DNA of 64,000 nucleotides from an uncultured Clostridia bacterium (GTDB lineage: Bacteria; Bacillota; Clostridia; Christensenellales; CAG-314). Both the position numbers and the translations under genes were made by a program. Below, one piece after another: positions 23,635 through 33,141 of this stretch. Positions within the stretch are counted from its first letter, which is position 1, and each line of letters opens with the position of its first letter. The notes beneath the pieces are model-generated. The model had not been told where the DNA came from and did not search any database. It saw only the letters and a program-made list of their open reading frames with translations. The DNA lies in assembly GCA_947630455.1 (NCBI GenBank), contig CANRHP010000001.1:25651-89650 (forward strand). Reading direction: 5' to 3'.

Positions 23635-24735
23635 TCAATTTTTACCATCCTTATTTTTATTGTTTTTGCGAGACGTAAATACCGTGCCCATCCATAGCTT
23701 CAATAGTTGTTTGCCGCCGTCGGACATCAGCGCCTTACCTTCATCGCTCAATGCCTTGTATGCTTTGTACATCCCTCGCATAGAAGAAACCAAATTTTTG
23801 GAAATATCCGTAACGTTGGTATAACCGCACCCCTCAAGCACGTCGAAAATAGCGCCAACCAGCTTGCGGCGAGTGGGCAAGTCCATACTGTCGATCCAAT
23901 TTGTAAGTGTCGCATCAAACACACGTGAAGAATAGGAAATTTTTGTAAGCTTTTTAAAGCTGCCATCCTTTGTTACATGCCAAGTAAACGGATTGTGCTG
24001 CATCAACAGCAAGCTGTTGCAGTCCACCACCTTGTAATCATTGTCGGTGCTGAGGATCAATCCCACAAGTGAATCGCGCGGAATTGTTTTATGAATACGA
24101 TCCTTAACAGACAAGTAACGGTCAGTTTCGTAAATACTGTCCTTGAAGCCCGGACCGTCATGATTAAACAACGATACAATACGCGCTCTGATAGGCGCGG
24201 AGCAATTTGTAGCCGAGTACACCGCAAGGTTGCCGCCCTTGCTGTGCCCACCCAAGATCAGCTTGCCGTCAACATTGCGTGCAACAAAATCAAGATACTC
24301 CTCGGCAAGAAGATGAGAAGGTATCCTGCTCAAAAAAGACATATAAAAATCTTCTTTCCATCCCAGTACCGTGGTATCTGTACCGCGAAAGGAGATATAT
24401 GCGGTGCCGTCGGGCAATATAAAGGTTACCGCCGCAAATCGCAGTACTTTTTCGTTGCAGTTGCGTTGGCGAAAATAGCCCACCTTGATGTTGCCGAAAC
24501 GAGGACTTGCCGCGACAGCCTTTATCAGTTTAGCGTTGGATTTCGGGTAAAAAGTGTCGCGAATCAACACTTCCGTTTCTTCAGCAAGCTCGGCAATGGA
24601 AGATCCGGGAGCCGACGCAAATTTGCGTGGATATGCCAGATAGGCAAGTTGACTCAACACAAGGCTGTCCGCTTCATTTAAGTGACTTTGAGTAAAATCT
24701 TGTTTGTTGCTGCCGACGTATCCAATGATATTCAT
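23635..24735 (-). CDS. DUF2974 (Mbeg1-like) alpha/beta-hydrolase family protein, paralog 1
   Basis: 366 aa from MNIIGYVGSN. Nucleophile elbow GGHSKGGNLAVYSA. Start set by alignment to the paralog N-terminus. The track ORF extends to 24783. Confidence 0.8.
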   Translation of the reverse strand: MNIIGYVGSNKQDFTQSHLNEADSLVLSQLAYLAYPRKFASAPGSSIAELAEETEVLIRDTFYPKSNAKLIKAVAASPRFGNIKVGYFRQRNCNEKVLRFAAVTFILPDGTAYISFRGTDTTVLGWKEDFYMSFLSRIPSHLLAEEYLDFVARNVDGKLILGGHSKGGNLAVYSATNCSAPIRARIVSLFNHDGPGFKDSIYETDRYLSVKDRIHKTIPRDSLVGLILSTDNDYKVVDCNSLLLMQHNPFTWHVTKDGSFKKLTKISYSSRVFDATLTNWIDSMDLPTRRKLVGAIFDVLEGCGYTNVTDISKNLVSSMRGMYKAYKALSDEGKALMSDGGKQLLKLWMGTVFTSRKNNKNKDGKN

Positions 24736-24741
24736 ATATTT

Positions 24742-24771
24742 ATTATAGCACCTAACATAAAAAGTTGTCAA
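24742..24771 (-). promoter_or_regulatory. consensus promoter abutting the DUF2974 paralog-1 start (leaderless geometry)
   Basis: Minus strand: TTGACA (24766-24771), 18 nt, TATAAT (24742-24747), 6 nt (aaatat), ATG at 24735. No SD. Confidence 0.55.
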
Positions 24772-24861
24772 TGTTGAGGACAAGCCGAGCCCTTCTATTT
24801 ATATAGAAATATAAGCCTTTTCTAATCCACGTTCCATATATATTGTTGTTTCTTTGGAATG

Positions 24862-24894
24862 AAAAAAATTCTCCGCGGACACGGAAGAATTTTG
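24862..24894 (-). terminator. terminator after DUF2974 paralog 2
   Basis: Imperfect hairpin ATTCTTCCG-tgtc-CGCGGAGAAT (minus strand) followed by a T7 run. Confidence 0.55.
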
Positions 24895-24907
24895 CAGTGT
24901 AAAGCAT

Positions 24908-26008
24908 TTAACATTTTTTGTTCTGTTTTTTGCGGGCAAACGCAAAAATCTCGCTAAACCAAAGAGTCAACAATTGCTTTCCTCCGTGCGCGATCAATTG
25001 TTTGTCGGCGGGGTCTAGCCGCTCGTAGGTTTTTTGCATAAGTCGTATTTTATGCAGCGGTCTATGCATGAAGTCCCCGACTTCCGTTGCGCCGCTGCCT
25101 TCCACAATAGCAAAAACCGCATATACAAATTTTCGACGAGTTGAATCATCCATATTTGCCAACCAGGACGTAACGGCGGTATCCGTAGCTTTCGAGGCGC
25201 GAGTTGTTTTAGCAAGTTTTTTAAATCCGCTGCAATCCTTCACTATCCAAGTAAAGGGGTCGTGCTGACCAATAGAAACACCGCTGCTTTCCACCACGTC
25301 ATACACCTGAGACGCCGTCAAAAGCATACCGACAATCGAATCATGCGGAACAGTTTTGTGAATACGATCGGCAATTTCGAGGTAGCGCGGATCTTCGAAT
25401 ATTCCTTCCTTGAATCCGGGTCCGTCATGATTGAAAACGGAGATTATACGTGATTTGATTTCTTCGGGAGCAAAAGTAGCCGAATAAACAGACAGGTTGC
25501 CTCCCTTACTCAAACCGCCAATAGTCAGACCACCCTGCACTTTTGACGCGACATCTGTCAGATATTTAAGCGCAATGCGCTGTGTAGGTATCACACTCAT
25601 AAGAGACATTTTTAAATTTTCTTTCCAGCCTATGAGCGATACGCCCGTTCCGCGGTATGATATGTGATACAAGTTCTCCGCCAATTGAAATGTGACCGCC
25701 GCAAATCGCTCGTCCTTTTCGTTGCTATTGCGCACACGAAAATACCCCACTTTAACGGGCGCATAACGTGGACTTGAATGTATTGCTTTTAGTAATCGCG
25801 CATTGTGCTTGTGCAGAAAGGAAAGTGTATTCTCCAACAGACCGTCGATATTTTCCGTCAACTCTCCGAGTGTCTTCTTTGGCGCACGACTCTCCGCGCG
25901 GGAAAAGCTGAAATATGCAAGCTCGGCAAAAACCAGGCTGTCCACCTCATTGAGAGGGCTAACGTCAAATGTGGACTTGTTTTCTTTTACGTAGCCGATG
26001 ATGTTCAT
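24908..26008 (-). CDS. DUF2974 (Mbeg1-like) alpha/beta-hydrolase family protein, paralog 2
   Basis: 366 aa, MNIIGYVKENK. Elbow reads GGLSKGGNLSVYSA (His replaced by Leu). GGGAGGA SD. Roughly 40-45% identical to paralog 1 by eye. Confidence 0.8.
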   Translation of the reverse strand: MNIIGYVKENKSTFDVSPLNEVDSLVFAELAYFSFSRAESRAPKKTLGELTENIDGLLENTLSFLHKHNARLLKAIHSSPRYAPVKVGYFRVRNSNEKDERFAAVTFQLAENLYHISYRGTGVSLIGWKENLKMSLMSVIPTQRIALKYLTDVASKVQGGLTIGGLSKGGNLSVYSATFAPEEIKSRIISVFNHDGPGFKEGIFEDPRYLEIADRIHKTVPHDSIVGMLLTASQVYDVVESSGVSIGQHDPFTWIVKDCSGFKKLAKTTRASKATDTAVTSWLANMDDSTRRKFVYAVFAIVEGSGATEVGDFMHRPLHKIRLMQKTYERLDPADKQLIAHGGKQLLTLWFSEIFAFARKKQNKKC

Positions 26009-26244
26009 AAATTTCCTCCCAAATTATGCTTTGCAAGAAAAACATATATAGAATTATAAGATAATATGTAGATTACGTCAATAATCGAGTCGAATATTTC
26101 GTAAACATACTGTCGCATAAACATCACAATAAGTATCAATATTCTTAAGCAGCAGCTTACGCAGCAAAAATGCACCCAAGAAAGTCGTTTAGTTCTTATC
26201 CGACCTCCAGGGCGCAATTACATCAGTCAAAGCTTAAATTCAAA

Positions 26245-26781
26245 TTATCTTTTGGAAAGGATTTTGTCTATATATTCGTCGATAGATTTTTGCACTATTG
26301 CCATAGCGTCCTCTACATCATGTACCTCGGAAACCGATGTGGGTTTGTTTTCCAACTCCTTGTATACACGGAAAAAATGCTGCATCTCGTCAAAAACGTG
26401 CTGCGGCAGATCCTTTATTGATTTGTAACAGTTGTAGTTGGGATCGGTATAGGGAATTGCAATCACTTTTTCATCGCAGGAACCGTTGTCGTTCATGATA
26501 ATTACGCCTATCGGATAGCAACGTACAAGACTGTGCGGCAAAAGAGGTTCGGAGCACAGTACCAATACATCCATAGGATCGCCGTCCTCGGCAAGCGTAC
26601 GCGGAATGAATCCATAATTGGCAGGATAGTGAGTAGACGTGTAAAGTATGCGATCCAGTACCAACAGACCGGTTTCTTTGTCTAACTCATATTTCATCTT
26701 GCTGCCCTTTGTGATTTCAATTACAGCATAAAAATCGTTGTTGTGTATCCGGTTGCGGGCAATGTTATGCCATATATTCAT
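26245..26781 (-). CDS. ppa: inorganic pyrophosphatase (family I)
   Basis: From MNIWHNI: [29 protein letters not shown] and [17 protein letters not shown] before the ATG at 26781. The track ORF extends upstream into lysR. Confidence 0.93.
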   Translation of the reverse strand: MNIWHNIARNRIHNNDFYAVIEITKGSKMKYELDKETGLLVLDRILYTSTHYPANYGFIPRTLAEDGDPMDVLVLCSEPLLPHSLVRCYPIGVIIMNDNGSCDEKVIAIPYTDPNYNCYKSIKDLPQHVFDEMQHFFRVYKELENKPTSVSEVHDVEDAMAIVQKSIDEYIDKILSKR

Positions 26782-26798
26782 ATTTTTTCCTCCTTGAG

Positions 26799-27677
26799 TT
26801 ACTGTTGATGATAGTACTGTTTGGCAAATTGAATGAAGTTTTCTGCATCGGAATACAGGCTGCCGCTGCGTGACCATATTAACACGATATCCTGAATAAT
26901 CGCATGATCGAGAGGGATGCAAACCATATCGCTGTCCATTTCAGCCACCTGTCGATACAAAAATGCGCCGGCATTGCCATAACCGAGAAATTGCTTTATT
27001 GTGTACAACTGCGACGAATACAAAAGAATTTTCGGATTTACCCCCGCAGCAGAAAACGCACGTTTTATAAATGTATTTTGATAACTGTCTGCCTTGAATA
27101 AAATTATGTGCTCATCGGCAAGCTCCTTAAAGGAAATTTGCGCGCGTCCTGCCAACGGATGAGATTTACTGACACAAAATACCAATTCGGTGGAAACCAG
27201 CGGCAGCATGTTGTAGCTGTCACTTACAAAATTGTCGAGAATGGTAATGCCCAAATCCACGGAATTTGCGTCCACCAATTTGCGCGCCTGCAGCGAACCC
27301 GTTTCCAACATTTCCAACTCGACATCAGGATACAAGCCTGTGTAGGAATTGAACATTTGCGGGAATAGAAATGTGCTGATCATCGCGGGCACGGCAATCT
27401 TGACGTGATTGTGGTTGTTTCCCATATCCTTCATCTGCGTCGTAAGCGAATCTACCGATTGCAAAATATAATTTATTTTATCCAAAAAAAACTGTCCCTC
27501 GACCGTCAACTGCAATCTGTTGTGCCGACGATGGAAAAGTTTAACGCCAAATTCGTCCTCCAGCTCTTTGAGACAAAAGGAAATAGTCGGCTGACTTACA
27601 AACAGCTCTTCCGCTGCCTTTGTTATGCTGCCATAACGACAAACCGTTTGAAAATATCTCATTTGTAGAAGCTTCAT
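26799..27677 (-). CDS. LysR-family transcriptional regulator
   Basis: N-terminal [43 protein letters not shown] plus a substrate-binding domain. Stop lies 17 nt before the ppa start. Confidence 0.9.
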   Translation of the reverse strand: MKLLQMRYFQTVCRYGSITKAAEELFVSQPTISFCLKELEDEFGVKLFHRRHNRLQLTVEGQFFLDKINYILQSVDSLTTQMKDMGNNHNHVKIAVPAMISTFLFPQMFNSYTGLYPDVELEMLETGSLQARKLVDANSVDLGITILDNFVSDSYNMLPLVSTELVFCVSKSHPLAGRAQISFKELADEHIILFKADSYQNTFIKRAFSAAGVNPKILLYSSQLYTIKQFLGYGNAGAFLYRQVAEMDSDMVCIPLDHAIIQDIVLIWSRSGSLYSDAENFIQFAKQYYHQQ

Positions 27678-27995
27678 CTTGCACCTATAAATTAGAAAAA
27701 TTTTGCCCAAATCCAAGTTGAACAAATTTTGTTTATGTTATTATAGCAGACGCCCTTAAAATATGCAAGTTAAAAATATAGAATTTTATGCCCGAATAGA
27801 GGATTTTTGCCGCAAACAATACCGTTTTATAAATTAAACACATATTATGTCAAAAATAGTATGGTGTAAAAAGTCGATTTCTGTTATTCATGCCATAAAC
27901 AGCTTAGTACAATTTATTGAATATGGCAGGCTGTCCGCGCATAACGCAAAATTTTGAATGAACGCATCAAAACAATAATGCTATATGAGAAAAAA

Positions 27996-29123
27996 TTACT
28001 CGTCAGCATTTTGCCAAAGCTCTGAGAGAATAGAATTTACTACATAAAATTTGTCATCAGGAATACGGACGCAATCTCCGTCCACCACCAAAAAACCTTT
28101 ATCGCGCAAATCATTTGCTGAGGAAAAAAAATCCCAAAAGCCCACGCCAAAACGCGCGACAAATTCGGAAAGGCTTACACCGCTTTCCAAACGAAGTCCC
28201 AACATAACAAATTCATTAGCTTCCTCGTCATGGTCTATCTCCTCGCACCTTCCATCATGCAAATGTTCAACAGGGGTAGAAAGATAATCGCTTATCGACC
28301 AAGGATTGTTAAAACGCGTATTGTTTACAAATCCGCTTGCCGCTGCTCCAAAAGCAAAATAGCGCCCTTCCTGCCAATAAAAAAGATTGTGCAGACACTG
28401 TTTTCCCGCCTTAGCAAAGTTGGAAATTTCATATCGTGCAAAATTGTGACAGGAAAGAATTTGCACCGCCTCATCGTACATATCCGCTTGTTCGTCGTCA
28501 GAAAACGGAGCCTTGCCATTGAGCTTTGCATAAAGAGGCGAAGCTTTGTAGAGCTCCAAGGCATATAGACTCATATGGGTCACAGGAAGCTTTGCAACAG
28601 TTAGAACAGAGTGAATAAAATCCGAATGGCTTTCAGGCAGACCGATGATCAAATCCGCATTGATATTGTCAAAATCAAACGAACGCGCGCGTTCCATGGC
28701 GCAAAGAAAATCGTGATAGTTATGCAGTCGTCCGATAGCTTTGAGCGTGACGTCATTGACGCTTTGCAAGCCGAAGCTCAATCGATCTACTCCGTTGCGC
28801 CTAAAACAGGCGAGAACCGCATTTGATGCACTTTCCGGATTACACTCGGCGGTAATTTCCTCCGTTCCGGATAAATCAAAGCATGTGCGCAGTTTACAAA
28901 ACAGCGCGTCTAGGTACTTTATACCCACCGCGCTGGGCGTACCGCCGCCGAGATAAACGGTGTATATAGGCTTGGTTTTGTCGGAATAATACTCTATTTC
29001 TTCGAAAAGCTTATCAAAATAGCGCTGCTGCAAGTTCAAATCCGTACATGAGGAAAAAGCGCAGTAGCTGCACCGCGCTCTACAAAACGGTATGTGAACA
29101 TAAATAGAATATCTGTCACGCAT
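27996..29123 (-). CDS. hemW: radical SAM heme chaperone HemW (coproporphyrinogen III oxidase-like)
   Basis: From MRDRYSIYVHIPFCRARCSYCAF (CxxxCxxC), LGGGTPS and a HemN_C-like tail. GGGGAG SD before the ATG at 29123. Confidence 0.9.
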   Translation of the reverse strand: MRDRYSIYVHIPFCRARCSYCAFSSCTDLNLQQRYFDKLFEEIEYYSDKTKPIYTVYLGGGTPSAVGIKYLDALFCKLRTCFDLSGTEEITAECNPESASNAVLACFRRNGVDRLSFGLQSVNDVTLKAIGRLHNYHDFLCAMERARSFDFDNINADLIIGLPESHSDFIHSVLTVAKLPVTHMSLYALELYKASPLYAKLNGKAPFSDDEQADMYDEAVQILSCHNFARYEISNFAKAGKQCLHNLFYWQEGRYFAFGAAASGFVNNTRFNNPWSISDYLSTPVEHLHDGRCEEIDHDEEANEFVMLGLRLESGVSLSEFVARFGVGFWDFFSSANDLRDKGFLVVDGDCVRIPDDKFYVVNSILSELWQNADE

Positions 29124-29351
29124 CAAAAAGCTCCCCAAAACTGTTAAAAATATAATTCGAACCGAATAATATCGAACCCTATAAGACTTTGTGCAATCCA
29201 CATGCTCTTATTAGTTCCACATTTTCATCCCAAACGTTTTGCCTTCGGCTTAATGCTCGTCTCTTTCCTATATTTACGACTGCAAAATATCATAAATCTT
29301 TTATATTCAGTACATTAGTTTTTTTGCAGAGTTTATAAGAAAACAATAAAA

Positions 29352-29920
29352 TCACTCACGACGACATTGAGCTAAATATTGTTCAAATTCGGGAGTGCGA
29401 CTCCAATACTTTTTGCCCCAATTTTCAAAATCCCAATCAGACATAAATCATTACATTCGTAGTCCACATAGTAAAGTAAACCGTTGTTTTCTACAAAGTT
29501 AGTAGGAAAATAGTCTATATTTGTGTTTGCGGCGTAAAGCAGCCGACAGGTTTCACGTATATCGTCAAAATGCTTGTCCGTAACGGTACTATGAATAACC
29601 ATATCAAATACCGTGTCGCCTTCTATGTATTCTTTCAACAGCCGTTCGTTAACCAAATCCACTTCAATAAGACGTGGCATACGGACCCCTATCGCAAATA
29701 GTCTATTATAATCGCGGATTTCCGATTACATTTTGTCACCGAAACGATAATAATTGCATGACTCGTGATGTATTTGCTTGACAACATACCGTTTCTCACC
29801 GTCCGTGATAAGATATGAATAACCGCCTTTGCCCTTGCCCAGCAGCTTGATTATTTCAAATATTTTGCCATTTACCGCAATTTTATCAGGAAATTGTGAC
29901 ATTTCGGTTGTGTTTTTCAT
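29352..29920 (-). pseudogene. small protein-kinase-like fold gene disrupted by an in-frame TAA and a 1-nt frameshift
   Basis: ORFs 29726-29920 and 29372-29680 share a frame and are split only by the TAA at 29726-29728. Motifs: LGKGKGGYSY...VVKQI, LKEYIEGDTV, NIDYFPTNFV, YYVDYE. A protein-like C-terminus MSDWDFENWGKKYWSRTPEFEQYLAQCRRE* continues in another frame after the T3 run at 29445-29447. Confidence 0.75.
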
Positions 29921-30172
29921 AGCTTTGCTATTTGATCATCAAAAATATTTGCTTTTTTAGAAAGAAAATTTGAGTGTAACAATCGAGCGGCACCACAATC
30001 CGAAGCTAGAGAGCACTGTGTGCTATGTGAATTTTTCTTCTCCACACCCAAACCACAAGCTTCAAATAATGCTTATCCTTGTAGCACCGGAGCGAGGGCG
30101 TCGCAACTCAAAATAATCCGCAGGGCGCGTGCAAACGCGACCGAAGCCTTTTTGAGAGTGACACCAGAGCGA

Positions 30173-31972
30173 TTAATCATCAATTTTCAAAATCGACATA
30201 AACGCTTCGCTGGGTACGCTTACAGAACCGACCTGACGCATACGTTTTTTGCCTTCTTTTTGTTTTTCCAACAGCTTCTTCTTGCGGGTTATGTCTCCGC
30301 CGTAGCACTTGGCAAGCACATCCTTTCTAAGCGCCTTGACCGTTTCTCTCGCGATAATCTTGTTTCCTATTGCCGCCTGTATTGGGATCTCAAACATCTG
30401 CCGGGGAATGGCATCCTTGAGTTTTTCTGCCATCTGGCGTCCGCGCGCGTAAGCACGTTCCTCATTGACTATGATAGACAAAGCATCACAAACTTCGCCG
30501 TTCAGCAGCATATCCATTCTGACAAGCTTGCCAGGCGTAAAGCCTGTCAATTCGTAATCCATACTTGCATAACCGCGCGTGCGTGATTTTAAAGTATCGA
30601 AAAAGTTGTAAATTATCTCGTTGAGCGGCAGGTCGTATGTAAGCTTTACACGTCTCGTATCAAGATAAGTCATATCTAGAAAGGTTCCGCGCTTATCCTG
30701 ACACAAGCCCATAACGTCGCCGACGTACTCCGGAGGAGAGAATATCTCCGCCTTGACAATAGGCTCCTCCATGTGCTCTATGAGCGTGGGCGAAGGCAGC
30801 TTTGTTGGGTTGTCAATCAGCAGCACCTCACCTTGAGTCGTAAAAACCTTGTACACTACGCTTGGCGCCGTAGTCACCAAATCGAGATCAAACTCGCGTT
30901 CAAGCCGTTCCTGTATTATTTCCATATGCAGCAGACCCAAAAATCCGCATCGAAAACCGAAGCCCAGCGCCACCGATGTGTCCGGCTCGTAGGTAAGCGA
31001 CGCATCATTGAGCTTGAGTTTTTCAAGAGCTTCCTTCAAATCGTTGTATTTGCTGCCGTCCGCGGGGAAAATGCCGCAGAAAACCATGGGCTTAACTTCT
31101 TTGTAGCCGTGCAGCGGCTGTGCGCAAGGACGCTTTGCGTCGGTGACGGTGTCGCCGACTTTGGTATCGGAAACGGTCTTTATGCTGGCGCAAATGTAGC
31201 CGACATCGCCCGCCCGCAGACAATCCACAGGCTGCATTGCCGGTGCAAAAATGCCCACTTCGGTAACATCAAAGGTTTTCCCCGGCGTCTGAAACATTTT
31301 AATTTGCGTTCCTACCCGAACGGCGCCGTCCATTATGCGAGCGAAAATGATCACTCCCTTGTAGTTGTCGTACTGACAGTCAAAAATCAACGCCTTCAAC
31401 GGCTCTTTTTCTTCGCCTTTCGGAGGAGGAACAAGCTTTATCACAGCGTCCAGTACATCCTTGATATTGATGCCTTCCTTGGCGGAAACAAGCGGAGCTT
31501 CACTTGCGTCCAAACCTATCGCGTCCTCTATTTCCTTTTTAGCGCCCTCGATATCCGCAGAAGGCAAGTCTATCTTGTTGATGACGGGGATGATTTCAAG
31601 ATTATTTTCCAATGCCAAATAGCAGTTGGCAAGCGTTTGCGCTTCTACTCCTTGCGAAGCGTCCACCACCAACAGGGCGCCCTCGCATGCCGCAAGAGAA
31701 CGGGAAACTTCGTAGTTGAAGTCTACGTGACCCGGCGTGTCTATAAGATTGAGCGTATACTCTACACCATCCATTGTGTAGTGCATCCTTACGGGAGTAA
31801 GCTTGATTGTAATACCACGCTCACGTTCGATATCCATCGAATCCAACATCTGCGCCTCAAGGTCGCGCTTGGCTACTTGTCCGGTGTATTCCATCAATCT
31901 ATCGGCAAGAGTGCTCTTACCATGATCGATGTGAGCTATTATACAAAAATTACGTATACTTTGTTGTGACAT
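30173..31972 (-). CDS. lepA: translation elongation factor 4
   Basis: [28 protein letters not shown] and a LepA C-terminal domain. Confidence 0.97.
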   Translation of the reverse strand: MSQQSIRNFCIIAHIDHGKSTLADRLMEYTGQVAKRDLEAQMLDSMDIERERGITIKLTPVRMHYTMDGVEYTLNLIDTPGHVDFNYEVSRSLAACEGALLVVDASQGVEAQTLANCYLALENNLEIIPVINKIDLPSADIEGAKKEIEDAIGLDASEAPLVSAKEGINIKDVLDAVIKLVPPPKGEEKEPLKALIFDCQYDNYKGVIIFARIMDGAVRVGTQIKMFQTPGKTFDVTEVGIFAPAMQPVDCLRAGDVGYICASIKTVSDTKVGDTVTDAKRPCAQPLHGYKEVKPMVFCGIFPADGSKYNDLKEALEKLKLNDASLTYEPDTSVALGFGFRCGFLGLLHMEIIQERLEREFDLDLVTTAPSVVYKVFTTQGEVLLIDNPTKLPSPTLIEHMEEPIVKAEIFSPPEYVGDVMGLCQDKRGTFLDMTYLDTRRVKLTYDLPLNEIIYNFFDTLKSRTRGYASMDYELTGFTPGKLVRMDMLLNGEVCDALSIIVNEERAYARGRQMAEKLKDAIPRQMFEIPIQAAIGNKIIARETVKALRKDVLAKCYGGDITRKKKLLEKQKEGKKRMRQVGSVSVPSEAFMSILKIDD

Positions 31973-31978
31973 AGCCCA

Positions 31979-32007
31979 ATTATACAGTAATTTTGCACAT
32001 TTGTCTA
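31979..32007 (-). promoter_or_regulatory. promoter abutting the lepA start codon (leaderless geometry)
   Basis: Minus strand: TAGACA (32002-32007), 17 nt, TATAAT (31979-31984), 6 nt (tgggct), ATG at 31972. No SD. Confidence 0.5.
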
Positions 32008-32070
32008 CGGGTTGCGAAATTTTTACCGTGTTATACAGAATAAGGCGTTTTGTAAACCGACATATTATTA

Positions 32071-32099
32071 TTGCAAAAACATTTGATTCGTATTATAAT
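32071..32099 (+). promoter_or_regulatory. sigma-A promoter of the GDPD gene
   Basis: TTGCAA (32071-32076), 17 nt, TATAAT (32094-32099), 30 nt upstream of the TTG start. Confidence 0.6.
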
Positions 32100-32128
32100 C
32101 ATTAAAAACAACAACGAGGTACAAAACA

Positions 32129-32884
32129 TTGATTAGAACAGAATACAAATGGCTGACAGATGTCTATGTTGCTCACCGAGGACTTTTTGATATATCAGCA
32201 GGTATACCCGAAAATTCACTGCCTGCTTTCAGGCGGGCAGCAGAGAAAAGCTTTGCCATAGAAACCGACGTACAAATGACAAAGGACGGCGTGTTGGTGG
32301 TTTTCCACGATGATACGCTTAGGCGTATGACAGGCGTCGAAGGCAGGCTCATTGACAAAACTTTTGCAGAGCTGCGTGAGCTACGACTTGCAGACACCGA
32401 ACAAGTTATACCAACATTTGAAGAGTTTCTTGATGCGGCAAACGGGGTAAATCTTGTTGTGGAAATCAAAACGCATGACAAGATCGGCGAAGTGGAACAA
32501 AAAACTTACGATATGCTAAAAGGCTACAAGGGGCACTACTGCATTGAATCCTTTAATCCTTTTATCATAAGATGGTTCAAGGTACATGCTCCCGACGTTG
32601 TACGCGGACAGCTTTCATGCAGCTTCAACGGAGCATTCAGCCGAATAAAAAGGTGGCTGCTTGCCGATCTTAAGCTTTGCGGATGGAATGGCGCACAATT
32701 TATCGCCTACGACGCAGCAACAATAGCCACAAACAAAGCGGTGGCACGCTGGGCAAAAAAGGTTCCAATCATTTGCTGGACTATACGCAGCCAAGAAGAT
32801 TTCGACCGCCTGCACGACAGCTTTGACAATATGATATTCGATTCTTTTATTCCGGAAAGAAAGGATCTGCAGCAATCTTTCTAA
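32129..32884 (+). CDS. glycerophosphodiester phosphodiesterase family protein
   Basis: VAHRGLF...ENSLPAF...AIETDVQMTKDGVLVVFHDDTL GDPD motifs. TTG start with GAGG SD. Confidence 0.85.
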   Translation: MIRTEYKWLTDVYVAHRGLFDISAGIPENSLPAFRRAAEKSFAIETDVQMTKDGVLVVFHDDTLRRMTGVEGRLIDKTFAELRELRLADTEQVIPTFEEFLDAANGVNLVVEIKTHDKIGEVEQKTYDMLKGYKGHYCIESFNPFIIRWFKVHAPDVVRGQLSCSFNGAFSRIKRWLLADLKLCGWNGAQFIAYDAATIATNKAVARWAKKVPIICWTIRSQEDFDRLHDSFDNMIFDSFIPERKDLQQSF

Positions 32885-32921
32885 ACAACCGCTTGCCTTA
32901 GATAAATATATAAGCAGTCAA

Positions 32922-32946
32922 ATACCCGAGAGCTACACTCGGGTAT
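32922..32946 (+). terminator. hairpin after the GDPD gene (weak terminator)
   Basis: 9-bp stem ATACCCGAG-agctaca-CTCGGGTAT, but with a poor T tract (TCTATTAT). Confidence 0.4.
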
Positions 32947-33141
32947 TCTATTATCTGCAATTCAAATAAAATAGTAATTGCTTTTGAATATTTTCGAGCA
33001 TACCGTTCCGACAGAAAATACCCAACGAAAATGTCCGTACGGAGACAGATTGCCCTTAAAGAAAAACGAGTTGAGCGCAGTTGTCCCGTCAAAAAATAGT
33101 TACCGCGCCAAATAACGGAATATTACAATGCAAATTCAAAG

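Noticed and set aside
26782-26922. Upstream extension of the ppa ORF. Similar extensions occur for hemW (29124-29201), DUF2974-1 (24736-24783), lysR (27678-27725) and ddh (38816-38923).
   Set aside because: The extensions overlap upstream genes or AT-rich promoter DNA. The internal ATGs have SDs, or paralog/ortholog-consistent N-termini.
29726-29728. The in-frame TAA as programmed read-through or an alternative genetic code.
   Set aside because: TAA terminates clear genes in the window (rpmB, the PAP2 gene, cdaA and others). The same gene also carries an independent frameshift, so decay is the simpler explanation.
30773-31969. 398-aa ORF antisense to lepA.
   Set aside because: Same reasoning: lepA is certain on the opposite strand, and the antisense product is Arg/Val/Phe-rich with no known motifs.
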